Notes under the pieces: model-generated | Database searches by the model: none | What the model saw: the letters and a program-made list of their open reading frames with translations, nothing else | Told to the model about the DNA's origin: nothing | Made by a program: the position numbers and the translations under genes | Source of the DNA: Macrostomum lignano | Taxonomy: Eukaryota | Direction of reading: 5' to 3' | NCBI GenBank assembly: GCA_002269645.1 | Contig: NIVC01003161.1 | Coordinates: 14,743-78,742, forward strand | DNA: 64,000 nt | Shown: positions 43,210-53,741 of the stretch, piece after piece | Position numbering within the stretch: the stretch's first letter is position 1 | How the letters are laid out: each line of letters starts with the position of its first letter

Positions 43210-44230
43210 TTATTGATACAACTGCTGTAGGGCTTTTTGAAATGCTGTCTGGGCAGGTCCGGAGACACCTGGACTCAGGTGCAGGTGCAGTGCCTGTCTG
43301 AGGCCGCCGCGATTTACCGAGCGCAGGCGAGCAGCGATGTGCACTGCTCTGTGATCGCGTCCAGCAAGCAGAAAGTCGGAATCATTTTGGCCCAGTTCGA
43401 GCCGGCCTCTCTCCGCTGCAGTCTCTTCCGCTACCAGTCCGTGTGTCGCGACCTTGTCTTTGGCGGTGCGAGCAGCGACTGCCGAGTGCTCATCCGATTT
43501 CCGATCAAATATCCGGCTCAGCTCAACCCGAAGCTCACAAACGTGTGGCTCGGAGACGACATGTCTGCATTTGAGAATGTCGTGTGCCAGGCTGACGAAG
43601 AGACCAACCGAATTTATCCGGTCGGAGTCCAGTGGACAGAGGAGGGCGCCGCGTTCGATGGGAGCAGCTCGTTTCTGGCCATGAACAAGAGCGACATCGG
43701 GTTCGGCACAGGCGTCACGGTGCTGCTCAGGATGAAGTGGCAGCTGCAGGTGCAGATCTTCTTCGATTTTCTAAACTGTGCTGACTTCGAAACCGGACCC
43801 TTCTACCACCGTATCTGGGAGTTCGCCGCTGCTTCTAAACTCCTTTTCGTGATCAAAACCGAAGCCGGTGCCACTCCCACACGTTATCAATCCAAGGACC
43901 ACTAGAAGTTGCCGAAAGACAACGGTCACTTCTAGTGGTCCTTGTATCAATCTTCGACAACTCCGCGGACTTCGAACGCCAACGAGTGGGTGAACATCGG
44001 CTTCACATCGACTCTAGCGGCTGACTCGACTCCAGCGGAGCGTTCGTGAACGACGCCTCTTGCCGACAGCCTCCTTCAGCCTGATAGCTAATTCTAGCTA
44101 TACTCTGCTGCCTCAGTTCTGCTTCAGATTTGGCAAGCGACTCAGTAATGACCGAATGTTCAAAGGCACAGTGAGGGCAATCGCCATGAGCGGGGCTTCA
44201 TGTCCAAAAGCGAGATCCGCTAATTCTTCG
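43210..44230 (+). pseudogene. Apple/PAN-LamG paralog copy 3, disrupted
   Basis: About 480 bp nearly identical to copy 1 (43253-43736 vs 36266-36749). In-frame TAG in the signal-peptide region, a 52-bp insertion carrying a stop, and downstream frameshifts; a remnant FCFRFGKRLSNDRMFKGTV is present. Confidence 0.8.
43893..43944. mobile_element. 52-bp hAT-like micro-MITE with 8-bp TSD
   Basis: Perfect 17-bp TIRs CAAGGACCACTAGAAGT / ACTTCTAGTGGTCCTTG; TSD TATCAATC at 43885-43892 and 43945-43952; removing it restores a continuous LamG frame locally. Confidence 0.9.
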
Positions 44231-44499
44231 CTGCTATTCATTGATTTAAACTGTGTTACATGTACAATCGCAATGTCAGCAATCATTATCTCTGTTTAAC
44301 GTAATGGCAAGTAATGCGTGCCGGTGAACTCTGTTTGGCATCTGTGTAACTTCTATTCCATTCCACTAAACTGCACTGCACCAGTGTCAGAACAAATTTC
44401 TGCTTTGTACAAAAACTGTTATGGCTAGATGATGACTCTTCAGCAATATCTATAGAGACTTTCAAAATCATTACGTGACTATATGACAGCTCATGCACC

Positions 44500-44650
44500 C
44501 AAACCTCATGCAGCAGCCTCCAATTAATGCGAGAGTTAAGTGTCTTATTGCTCAAGGACACAAATTGTTTTAGTGGGATGGGGAATCGAACCCACTTTCC
44601 TTTAAGTCGTGAGTCCGACGCTCTAATCACTAGGCTACACCCCTCCCCAT
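44500..44650 (-). mobile_element. tRNA-derived SINE (tRNA head + GTGTCCTTGAGCAA...GACACTTAAC core)
   Basis: A-box TAGCCTAGTGAT and B-box GGTTCGATTCC are present, but the anticodon stem does not pair. The downstream core resembles the conserved central domains of invertebrate tRNA-SINEs. Confidence 0.75.
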
Positions 44651-46520
44651 CACAGTGATTAAAACATCATGTCACATACAAAAAAGTGCATACGTATACG
44701 TAGTGTACAGCTGACAGTTAAACAGTTTTTCGGGTTAAAATAATTGGGCGCAGACCATTAATGAACAGAGCATTTAGAAGGACACATCGCTAATAATGTT
44801 TGAGATTAAATTAAATGAAGTAAATATTTAAACTGAACTTCAAAAAATTCTTTATTTCAACTTTTTTTGTGAACTAGCTACTTGTTATACCGCAGGATGT
44901 TTTGGCGAAATTTCATAAATAAAGCATTCCAGGAAACAGACGTTTTGAAAATGTCAAATGACAAAAACCTCTACTCTACTTACACTGTGATTAGCTTACT
45001 AGCGACGATTTTTAAAGAATTTTTTGATATAGCTTTGAACACTACATTCTAGTTCTAAAATTATATTAAACTACATAAACACCTCATTTTTAGTCATTTT
45101 GATGATAGTTTATGCTTTAATTTTTTATGATTGTTGATTATTTGATATTTCCACTGTTTTTTAGGCGTAGTAGTATATAGGAAGTAGCTGATATTTGTTT
45201 TGCTGAACTTAATCAGTTTAGAAAACTTTCTAGGCTTTTGATTTTAGCAAAGTATTTTATAATAGCAATTTTAATAATGAAAATATTGACATTTGAAATT
45301 TGGCATTTGCAGCTTAAGAAATTTTTATTAACTTTAACTAAGTAAGTAGAGAAAAAGACATTCTTTAACCTTTGGCTTTAGATTATTTTGTATATCTAAT
45401 TTAGTATACTTTTAGTAGGCCCTAGCCTTATTTTAGTGCATGTTTTGTAGTAGTATTTTTATGTCTTATGCATAAAATTACATAATCTATTAAACAATGT
45501 TGATGAAATAAAAAAATAATTTAATCATGACATAGGTATCTCAGCTCCTAGAAAAGGTAGATGACTAGGTAAATGCATGTATAACTTCCTAAATTTTACC
45601 CAGCCAGTGCTACATAGTTATTTTTATTAAAGATATAGTATCTCTACAGTGTAGGCTATCTTATAACTTAGTCAGTCTCTATAGTACAAAAGGTAGCCTT
45701 TATGCCGGAAAATTCTGGCATATTTTTGCTCTTGCTGACAATCTTGGCATGCACTTGGTGTATATAATTTTCAGGTCCAACATGAAGTGTACACAGTTGG
45801 CATACAAAACAATAGCCAAGTTCAGGGCTAATGTAATCTTGTAATTAAAGATCAACCAACAAAAGCTCCTAATATTTAAATTTTACATTGGTCTAAAATT
45901 GAAAAAAAAACATGAATTTTCTTTCGAGCATATGCCTACCATGATCCAGTCCAGACTATAGCCTAGTCTTAAGTCCTAGCTGTGCATCTGCAGTATAAAT
46001 ATTTTCTCTTTCTATTTTTTATCTTTAAATATGCCTTTTATAATATGATTGATTGGTTCTTTTGTTTAATTATATTTGTCTTATATATCCCATTTATAAT
46101 TTTTTGGTACTTAGTTGATCAGTTTTGCAACATTACCCACCTTAGCTATCTTGTTACCCAACTAGGTTAGCTAGGTCAGCTAGGTATTCCACATATATAT
46201 CTGGTTAGATGATTGCCAAAGTTTCTGCCATTAGGCATTAAGGCTTATTGCATTTCTGCTAAATTTTAAACAATATTTAGGCTTTCAAATTCTTATTAGC
46301 TAATGATAATCCAAACAAAATATCTTCCTTTAATAAGTTTTTTTGAATATTTTTAGAGAAAGTATATTTAAAACATCAAATATGAAAGAAAAAAGCATAT
46401 TATTGTATGCCTTTTTACACCTTTGCTATAATAATTTGGTTGTATTTTTTATTTAAAAACATGGCACAAAGCATCAGAATGGTTTCTTATCTTTAACTTG
46501 AGTGTCCATTCTTTCTTCAG

Positions 46521-46789
46521 AAGCATCAGAGCAAGCAGCAGAGCTCAGCAAGTGGCAAGAGAGCCACACCATTGGCTGAAGCCGATGCACATCTGCGAGA
46601 GAAGCGCTATGTCGAAGCCATGCTTGCTTACTCCATGCTGATTGACAGCCCAGATGGACAGCAGTCAGGCTTTCTGCCTGACGCCTATGCTGGTGAGTCT
46701 GACAGGCTGGCATAACAGTGCTTGGTGAGCTTTTAATCAGTGGATCATATATATTTGGCTACTTCTTCCCTGGTAAATCTGGCTTTATA

Positions 46790-46846
<57 letters not shown>

Positions 46847-46847
46847 G

Positions 46848-46922
<75 letters not shown>

Positions 46923-46977
46923 GTGTCTGTGTGTCTGTTTGTCTGTCTGTCTGTGTCTGTCTGTCTGTCTGTCTGTG

Positions 46978-47016
<39 letters not shown>

Positions 47017-47045
47017 GTGTCTGTCTGTCTGTCTGTCTGTCTGTG

Positions 47046-47076
<31 letters not shown>

Positions 47077-47135
47077 GTGTCTGTGTGTCTGTTTGTCTGT
47101 CTGTCTGTGTCTGTCTGTCTGTCTGTCTGTCTGTG

Positions 47136-47224
<89 letters not shown>

Positions 47225-47239
47225 GTCTGTGTGTCTGTG

Positions 47240-47278
<39 letters not shown>

Positions 47279-47360
47279 TTGTCTGTCTGTTTGTCTGTCT
47301 GTCTGTTTGTCTGTCTGTCTATTTGTCTGTCTGTCTGTCTGTCTGTTTTAGTTTCTGTCA

Positions 47361-47402
<42 letters not shown>

Positions 47403-47418
47403 TTTAGTTTCTGTCAGT

Positions 47419-47466
<48 letters not shown>

Positions 47467-48033
47467 TTTAGTTTCTGTCAGTCTGTCTGTCTGTTTTAGT
47501 GTCTGTCAGTCTATCCACCTCCAATGGTCCCGCAGGCCGCAGCGAGTGCCTCCGCCAGCTGGAGCAGCTGTACCACAGTCTGGAAGACGCCGATCGGGTC
47601 TGCCTGCTGCGGCCCCGCTGGCCCCGCGGCCACGCTCTCCGTGGCGAGGCCCTGCTAGCCGGCGTCAGCCAGCCGAGGCTCTGGCAGCTTTTCGCGAAGC
47701 GGCCCGTCTCGATCCCGGCGACGAGCTGCTGCTCGATCGGGCGCGTCGTTCAGTGGAAGAGATTCGCAGCGAAGCGTCAGCAACCAGCCGGCTGATGAGG
47801 CGGTCAGTTCTGCTGGCTGCCGGAGTGGCGCTGCTGCTGGCTCTGCTGGATTTGGCGGCGCTGGAAGGCCGTCTGCACTCGCTGCTGCCAGCGTGGCTGT
47901 TATACAGCCTGGCCTACTGTCTGTCATTTTGCTGCTGTTTCGGCATTGGCTGGGCGTACAGATGGCTGCTACGACAGCATAAGCGAGACCTGTTAAAAAA
48001 ACCCATTGATTTGTTGGAGCACCTCAAGCAGAG

Positions 48034-48037
<4 letters not shown>
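46521..48037 (+). CDS. TPR-repeat protein with two C-terminal hydrophobic (TM-like) segments; 5' exon(s) not located
   Basis: Exons 46521-46692 and 47536-48037, GT-AG, phase 1. TPR-like helices: [50 protein letters not shown] single missing base at about 47660 is needed to join the frames. Confidence 0.75.
46790..47510. repeat. (TCTG)n microsatellite with variants, about 720 bp, intronic
   Basis: Direct. Confidence 0.97.
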
Positions 48038-48097
<60 letters not shown>

Positions 48098-48120
48098 GAG
48101 AGAGAGGGGGGGGGGAGGGA
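48038..48120. repeat. (GA)n tract starting immediately after the TPR gene stop codon
   Basis: Direct. Confidence 0.95.
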
Positions 48121-48126
48121 GAGGAG

Positions 48127-48369
48127 CAAGGACCACTGTAGAAAATACGACGTAAAACTCAAAGATTGTGCTACTTTTTTGGACTTCGATTTCGTGGAAA
48201 AAATAGACTGCAGAAGATAAGAAAAAAATCGTTCATATTAAATCACATAATCAATGACTGCATTAATTTGATCAGGGGCAGTAAAGATCACATTTTTGCA
48301 GGAAATCGGCCTCGGAAAACACTACACGATCTTTGAGTTTTACGTTCTGTTACTCTACAGTGGTCCTTG
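48127..48369. mobile_element. 243-bp MITE of the CAAGGAC TIR family
   Basis: Ends CAAGGACCACTGTAGA and TCTACAGTGGTCCTTG, plus subterminal CGTAAAACTCAAAG / CTTTGAGTTTTACG; the 8-bp flanks GAGAGGAG and AAGAAGAG match at 6/8. Confidence 0.8.
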
Positions 48370-49074
48370 AAGAAGAGCTGAGAAAAGACGCAAACCTTTA
48401 ACGGGTCGGATTGCTGCTATTATTGTGAAGTTTCAATGGACCCTAAGGCCGGATAAAGAGGCTTCGTGTGCTGGAGTTTGCCGTTAATTTGATGGACAAG
48501 CCGGAACAATCATGCGTTGGCATTTTTTAGACAATTGTTTCAATTTAAACTGATTTATTCTGATTAATTTTTCGGCGCTGATTTGACTAACTTTAAAAAG
48601 AAGTGCTTTTTATTGTATTATGTTTTAGTTTCAACTTTACATGTAGCTTGATGACTCAGTCTTGCAATTTGTTTTCTTGTTTATTATGAATATATTAAAC
48701 AAAATAATTTTTTGCCTAAATGAATAATATGATTGTAAGTTTTTAATATTTGATAGCTACACATTTAATTTTTAGTAATATCGTCTTGTCTAAATTGTAA
48801 TTAATTATACTAAATTATAAATTACAATTATGGACTTAAAGTGGGTTTTATCAAGAGATTTTAGTATGACTAGCTAGTTACTAGATATGCCACTCTTAAT
48901 TGAGGTTGTTAAAAACTAGACCATACTCTTATTTTCAGTAGTTGGTCAGTTTAAATTTAATGACGCAGTCTAAAATTTCCTCTCCTTCCTCGGTGGCTTG
49001 CAGCCTCCGCAGCATATGGGGTTAATAATGAACAGCACACATTTAACTCGATGTACACCAGTGAACGCAAGTCC

Positions 49075-49390
49075 GTCGAAACTTAGCCTAGGCGGAGGGT
49101 CCAATCCGGCTCAGCCAATGAGAGAGCAGTAAGGAGAGATGTGAAAGTCAGAGGACGTAACTCAGCCTAGGCGGCAGGTCCAATCCAGCTCAGCCAATGA
49201 GAGAGCAGTAAGGAGAGATGTGAAAGTCAGACGGACGAAACTCAGCTTAGGCCAGGCCCAAATAATCTAATTCAGCCAATGAGAGAACAGTAAGGAGAGA
49301 GGTCAAAGTCAGACACAAGCGGGCAAGAGAAAAGCCAAACTGTTTATTGACCTGAGCTTGCTGGGACTTTGGGAGTTGAGGCGCCGTCTC
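49075..49390 (+). repeat. Dispersed element with ~79-bp tandem units each containing CAGCCAATGAG (3 units + unique tail)
   Basis: Homologous, including the tail AAGCCAAACTGTTTAT...GAGGCGCC, to 61510-62035 in inverted orientation. Confidence 0.8.
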
Positions 49391-49773
49391 ACCTCTTGCA
49401 CACGCACTGGATTTTTCCAGTTTCCCTGCAATCAAGACGAAGGAAATCTAGATGAAGATGAATATGCTAATTAAACGGATCTGCTTGTAGAAAGCCAGAG
49501 TCGATTGTCGCAGCGTCGAAGACGAAACAAATTGTAAAATTTGTTAGTCTTAATTTTACAAATTTGTAAGGGGAAAGCTCAATAAACTAGTAAAAAGAGA
49601 ACATTATTTTAAGAGTAACTATAGAGTAACATCGAGCTGTTGTTCTACGAGTAGTAACTGCAGGTTTACCATAGATAAACTTAATCGATAAAATATCGAT
49701 TTTATTGCAGCACTTATCACTACTGCAAGTATTAAAACTATCAAATTTTTCGTTTAAATTCACAGCGACCAAG

Positions 49774-51640
49774 ATGCAGCAACACATCAGCCTGTCTGAC
49801 TGGGATTTATCCAGCGGTAAATCTGTTGTAGTAATGACCGCCACAACTCCCAGAGATCCCTACTATGGAAAATACTTCAACGAGATTTTTAACTTTCAAA
49901 TCGATTTGGGCAAGAAGATTCTGTACGATGGCGGAGATAATTTCCTTGTACTGGCTGACCCCAGCGTGGCGGACAAGTTCCGGTCTGAGTTGCCGGCCAA
50001 ATGCGTGGCCGAGTACTTAATCGATGACATCTGGGTTAGAGATTTTGCGCCCATTGGCTTGGTGCGACACGCTTGGTTTAAGTGCGTTTATCGTTAGAAA
50101 CCTCTAATTGTAAAAATCTCGCCAAGCCGTGTCAGCCTTTCAGATCCTCAATTGCTGTGCCAGCCTTTCAGCTCCTCAGTTGCTGTGCCAGCCTCTCAGA
50201 TCCTCAGTTTCTGTGCCAGCTTCCCAGATCCTCAGTTTCTGGGCCAGCGTCTCATATCCTCAGTTGCTGAGCCAGCCTCTCAGGTCATTAGTTGTTAGGC
50301 CAGCCTTTTATTGCTGAGCCATGCAGCCTCTGAAATCCTCACTTGCTGGGCCAGCCTCCCAGATCCTCAAGTTGCTCGGCCAGCCTCCCAGATCTTCAAG
50401 TTGCTCGGCCAGCCTCCCAGATTCTCAGTTGCTGGGCCAGCCTCCCAGATCCTCAGTTGCTGGGCCAGCCTCATAGATCCTCAGCTGCTGCGGGCCATTG
50501 CCGCTGCCCTCAACACAGATACCCATACAGACAAGCATTTATAAAAACCGCCACCCGCAGGTACCAGCCCAGCTACTTAAACAAGTCGGAAGCATCCAGC
50601 GTTCAGCAGCAGTTCCGCAGATTTCTCAGCCTGAACAGTCACCTCTTCGGCGACTTGCACTCAGCTGCAGCCGGAGACCCCACAGCTGCATCTCTCCGAC
50701 TCGACGGCGGAAACGTGGTAGACAATCAGCCAGCTGCAGCGCCTGCCGACTCCTTAGCCGTGGTAACTCGTCGAGTAGTTCGCGACAATCGACGTCAGCT
50801 GACTGAGGATCGCCTGATGGCTGTTTTGCGTCGTCAGCTGGATTGTCGGCGTCTGGCAGCGATCCCCGAGCCAGAGAATGACACGACAGGCCACGCCGAC
50901 GGTCTGGTGGCTTTCATTGACGAGAATCGGTTGGCTGTGCAACTGCAAACTGACGCGGGCAGCGATAGAGACGATGCTGAGAGTCGCCTGCTGATGCAGG
51001 AGCTCGCTGATCAGCTGGGCAGCGGCGTGCGGCTTGTGAAGCTGGAGGCTTCGGCACCCGTTAGACAGGTAAGAATGTGTACGAGATTCCCTCACATCCC
51101 ATCAGATCCTCAGGTTGATTCGGCATCTACCATATCTCAGTTGCTGGGCCACAGACTCCCAGATCCTCAGTTGCTGGGCGACAGACTCCCAGATCCTCAG
51201 TTGCTGGGCGACAGACTCTCAGATCCTCAGTTGCTGGGCGACAGACCCCCAGATCCTCAGTTGCTGGGCGGTGACTCCCAGATCCTCAGTTGCTGGGTGG
51301 TGACTCCCAGATCCTCAGTGGCTGGGCTCGTGTTCAAAGCAAATCCCCTTATCACTGCCAATCCAACTGTTGAATCCATCAGACCTGGCGTGGATTCGAC
51401 TCAGCCTGCGGCCTCCACGTCAACCTGCTGGCCACCAGGCGCAGTCTATACGTGCCGGTGTTCGGCTCGGATGAAGCCAACAGGAAGCTGGGCCAATCAG
51501 CGGAGCTGGACAGTCGAGTGCTAGTGGCAATCCGAGCGAATACAAGCAAAACAGTGGTGCCAGTTGATGTACCGAATGCGATCTGCCGGATGGGCGGCAG
51601 CGTTCGATGCCTGACTTGGGCTTTCGCGCAGTCTTTGTAG
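49774..51640 (+). CDS. Agmatine deiminase / Porphyromonas-type peptidylarginine deiminase family protein, 357 aa, 3 exons
   Basis: Exons 49774-50081, 50561-51068 and 51383-51640 total 1074 nt with no frameshift. Motifs DDIWVRDFAP, LDGGN, TTGHADG, SACGLHVN and MGGSVRCLTW carry the Asp, His-x-Asp, Asn and Cys catalytic set of this family. Confidence 0.9.
50130..50490 (+). repeat. ~27-28-bp minisatellite (CCAGCCTCCCAGATCCTCAGTTGCT core) in deiminase intron 1
   Basis: Direct, degenerate. Confidence 0.9.
51105..51320 (+). repeat. Same CCCAGATCCTCAGTTGCT minisatellite family in deiminase intron 2
   Basis: Direct. Confidence 0.9.
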
Positions 51641-51692
51641 ATAGATATTGCCATGGCGTGTACATACATGTACTATAAATGTTGAAGGACCA

Positions 51693-51915
51693 ATTAGGCG
51701 CCAAGGTCAAGATTTTAGCGCCACGGTCAAGATTTTAGCGCTTATTAGGCGCCATGGTCAAGATTTTAGCGCTAATTAGGCGCCATGGTCAAGATTTTAG
51801 CGCTAATTAGGCGCCACGGTCAAGATTTTAGCGCTAACTAGGCGCCACAGTCAAGATTTTAGCGCTAACTAGGCGCCACAGTCAAGATTTTAGCGACTAT
51901 TAGGACCCACAAACA
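51693..51915. repeat. 31-bp minisatellite (GGCGCCATGGTCAAGATTTTAGCGCTAATTA), about 7 copies, just 3' of the deiminase stop
   Basis: Direct. Confidence 0.9.
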
Positions 51916-52584
51916 AGATTTTTTACAATAAACAATAAATAACTTATTAAAACATTCCAATAATATTTCTTTGATTTCGTAAGATTTATTATGAATTATG
52001 CATTCAAATATAATATGTTAGCAATCAGGCTTCGCATAAGAATTCATAAACGAAGCTAAATATGGTCATGAAGAATCAAAATAACTAAGCTTTGAGATGG
52101 AATTGTTTTCTTTTCTCTAACAACAAATAATCAAAGCAGAAAAGACACAATTAATATTACAACGCAAACTGACAACACACGACAGGAGACAAAGGATTCA
52201 AGTCAAAACAAAGGAAACAAAAAAGCGCAGGTAAAACTTGTTCATGCCGCTTTTTTAGAAAATGTACTATTAATGACTAATAAGACAATAATTAAAGTTT
52301 ATTGGAATTCGCCTTGATGGATAATTAGTCTGAAAAATTTATGGAAGAAAGGAAAGCATTGACCACGAAATTTAGCGGCGTAAAACAATATCATTTATAA
52401 CAAAGCAGATTGAAAATCAAAAGTAAAAAATAGTTCAAACCTGTGTACACAACGAAAAATCTAATAGATCAGTTCTAATGACCGTTGGTGGATAGTCTGC
52501 TTAATTTATAGAATTTACAAGCAAAATGACAGCAAAACGGGAATTGCGAAATTTTGTTAACACTTACTGTCTAGAGGCTGCTAT

Positions 52585-52945
52585 AGCAACTGAGGATCTG
52601 GGAGGCTGGAATAGCAACTGAGAATCTGGAGGCTGACATAGCAACTGAGGATCTGGGAGGCTGGCATAGCAACTCAGGATCTGGGAGGCTGGCATAGCAA
52701 CTCAGGATCTGGGAGGCTGGCATAGCAACTCAGGATCTGGGAGGCTGGCATAGCAACTGAGAATCTGGGAGGCTGACATAGCAACTGAGGATCTGGGAGG
52801 CTGGCATAGCAACTCAGGATCTGGGAGGCTGGCATAGCAACTGAGAATCTGGGAGGCTGACATAGCAACTGAGGATCTGGGAGGCTGGCATAGCAACTGA
52901 GGATCTGGAAGGCTGGCATAGCAACTGAGGATCTGGGAGGCTGGC
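52585..52945 (-). repeat. CCCAGATCCTCAGTTGCT minisatellite family, inverted copy, intergenic
   Basis: Reads AGCAACTGAGGATCTGGGAGGCTGGC on the + strand. Confidence 0.9.
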
Positions 52946-53741
52946 AGGAAGGAAATAGGAAAAGTAATCTAATTATTATACTTTTTATGAAGGTAAAATT
53001 TATGGACAGAAAGTGAGGAATGCTTAAGCCATGAAATGAGTTTAATCAATATTCTATAATAATTTAGTGCATTATAATATGATGACAGCAAAACTTCATT
53101 GCAGCGAGTAACGAGTATCATATTGGGGATTCCTCATTAGCTCAAAATATAGTATTGATCATAAGTGGAAGAAATAAACGACACAACTGTAACAATATAT
53201 CAATCAATATGTAGTAGATTTACGTGTGTGAGAAGGCACAGCATAACAGTAAACACTAATTTAGATCAATTATATCAGGTCTGACAATTAAAATCACTGG
53301 AACGAAAAATGTCAACAAGAAAAGAAAAACTTCAACCATAAGAAATTGGGAAACTGATTATCAATATTAAATATACTAATAATAATACAGCACCAGACGG
53401 CACAACAGAAAATATTATAAATTTTCACTTATAATATTACTAAGACTTCAATTAATGCAGGGCTGTACTAAAATAAAGTAATCACAATTAGTTCAATAAT
53501 AATAGCGTTAACACGAACAATGACTATTTTAAACTTTTGATAAGCTTATCTATCTAGGGGATTATAATTACTAAATTAACAATAACTTACAGTTATTAAT
53601 TACGCAATCAATCATTTGTATCAACTAATTTACAATAAAAAACCCCGACACAAAGACAGACAAATAAGAAATCGCAAATAAATCAGCCCTAGTTGCTACA
53701 CGCTACTCGTGCTAAGCAGTAGTAGTAATAGCAGTGAGTGA

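Noticed and set aside
44575-44650. tRNA-Val(CAC)-like gene
   Set aside because: The anticodon and acceptor stems do not pair, and the sequence continues into a SINE core; called as a SINE instead.
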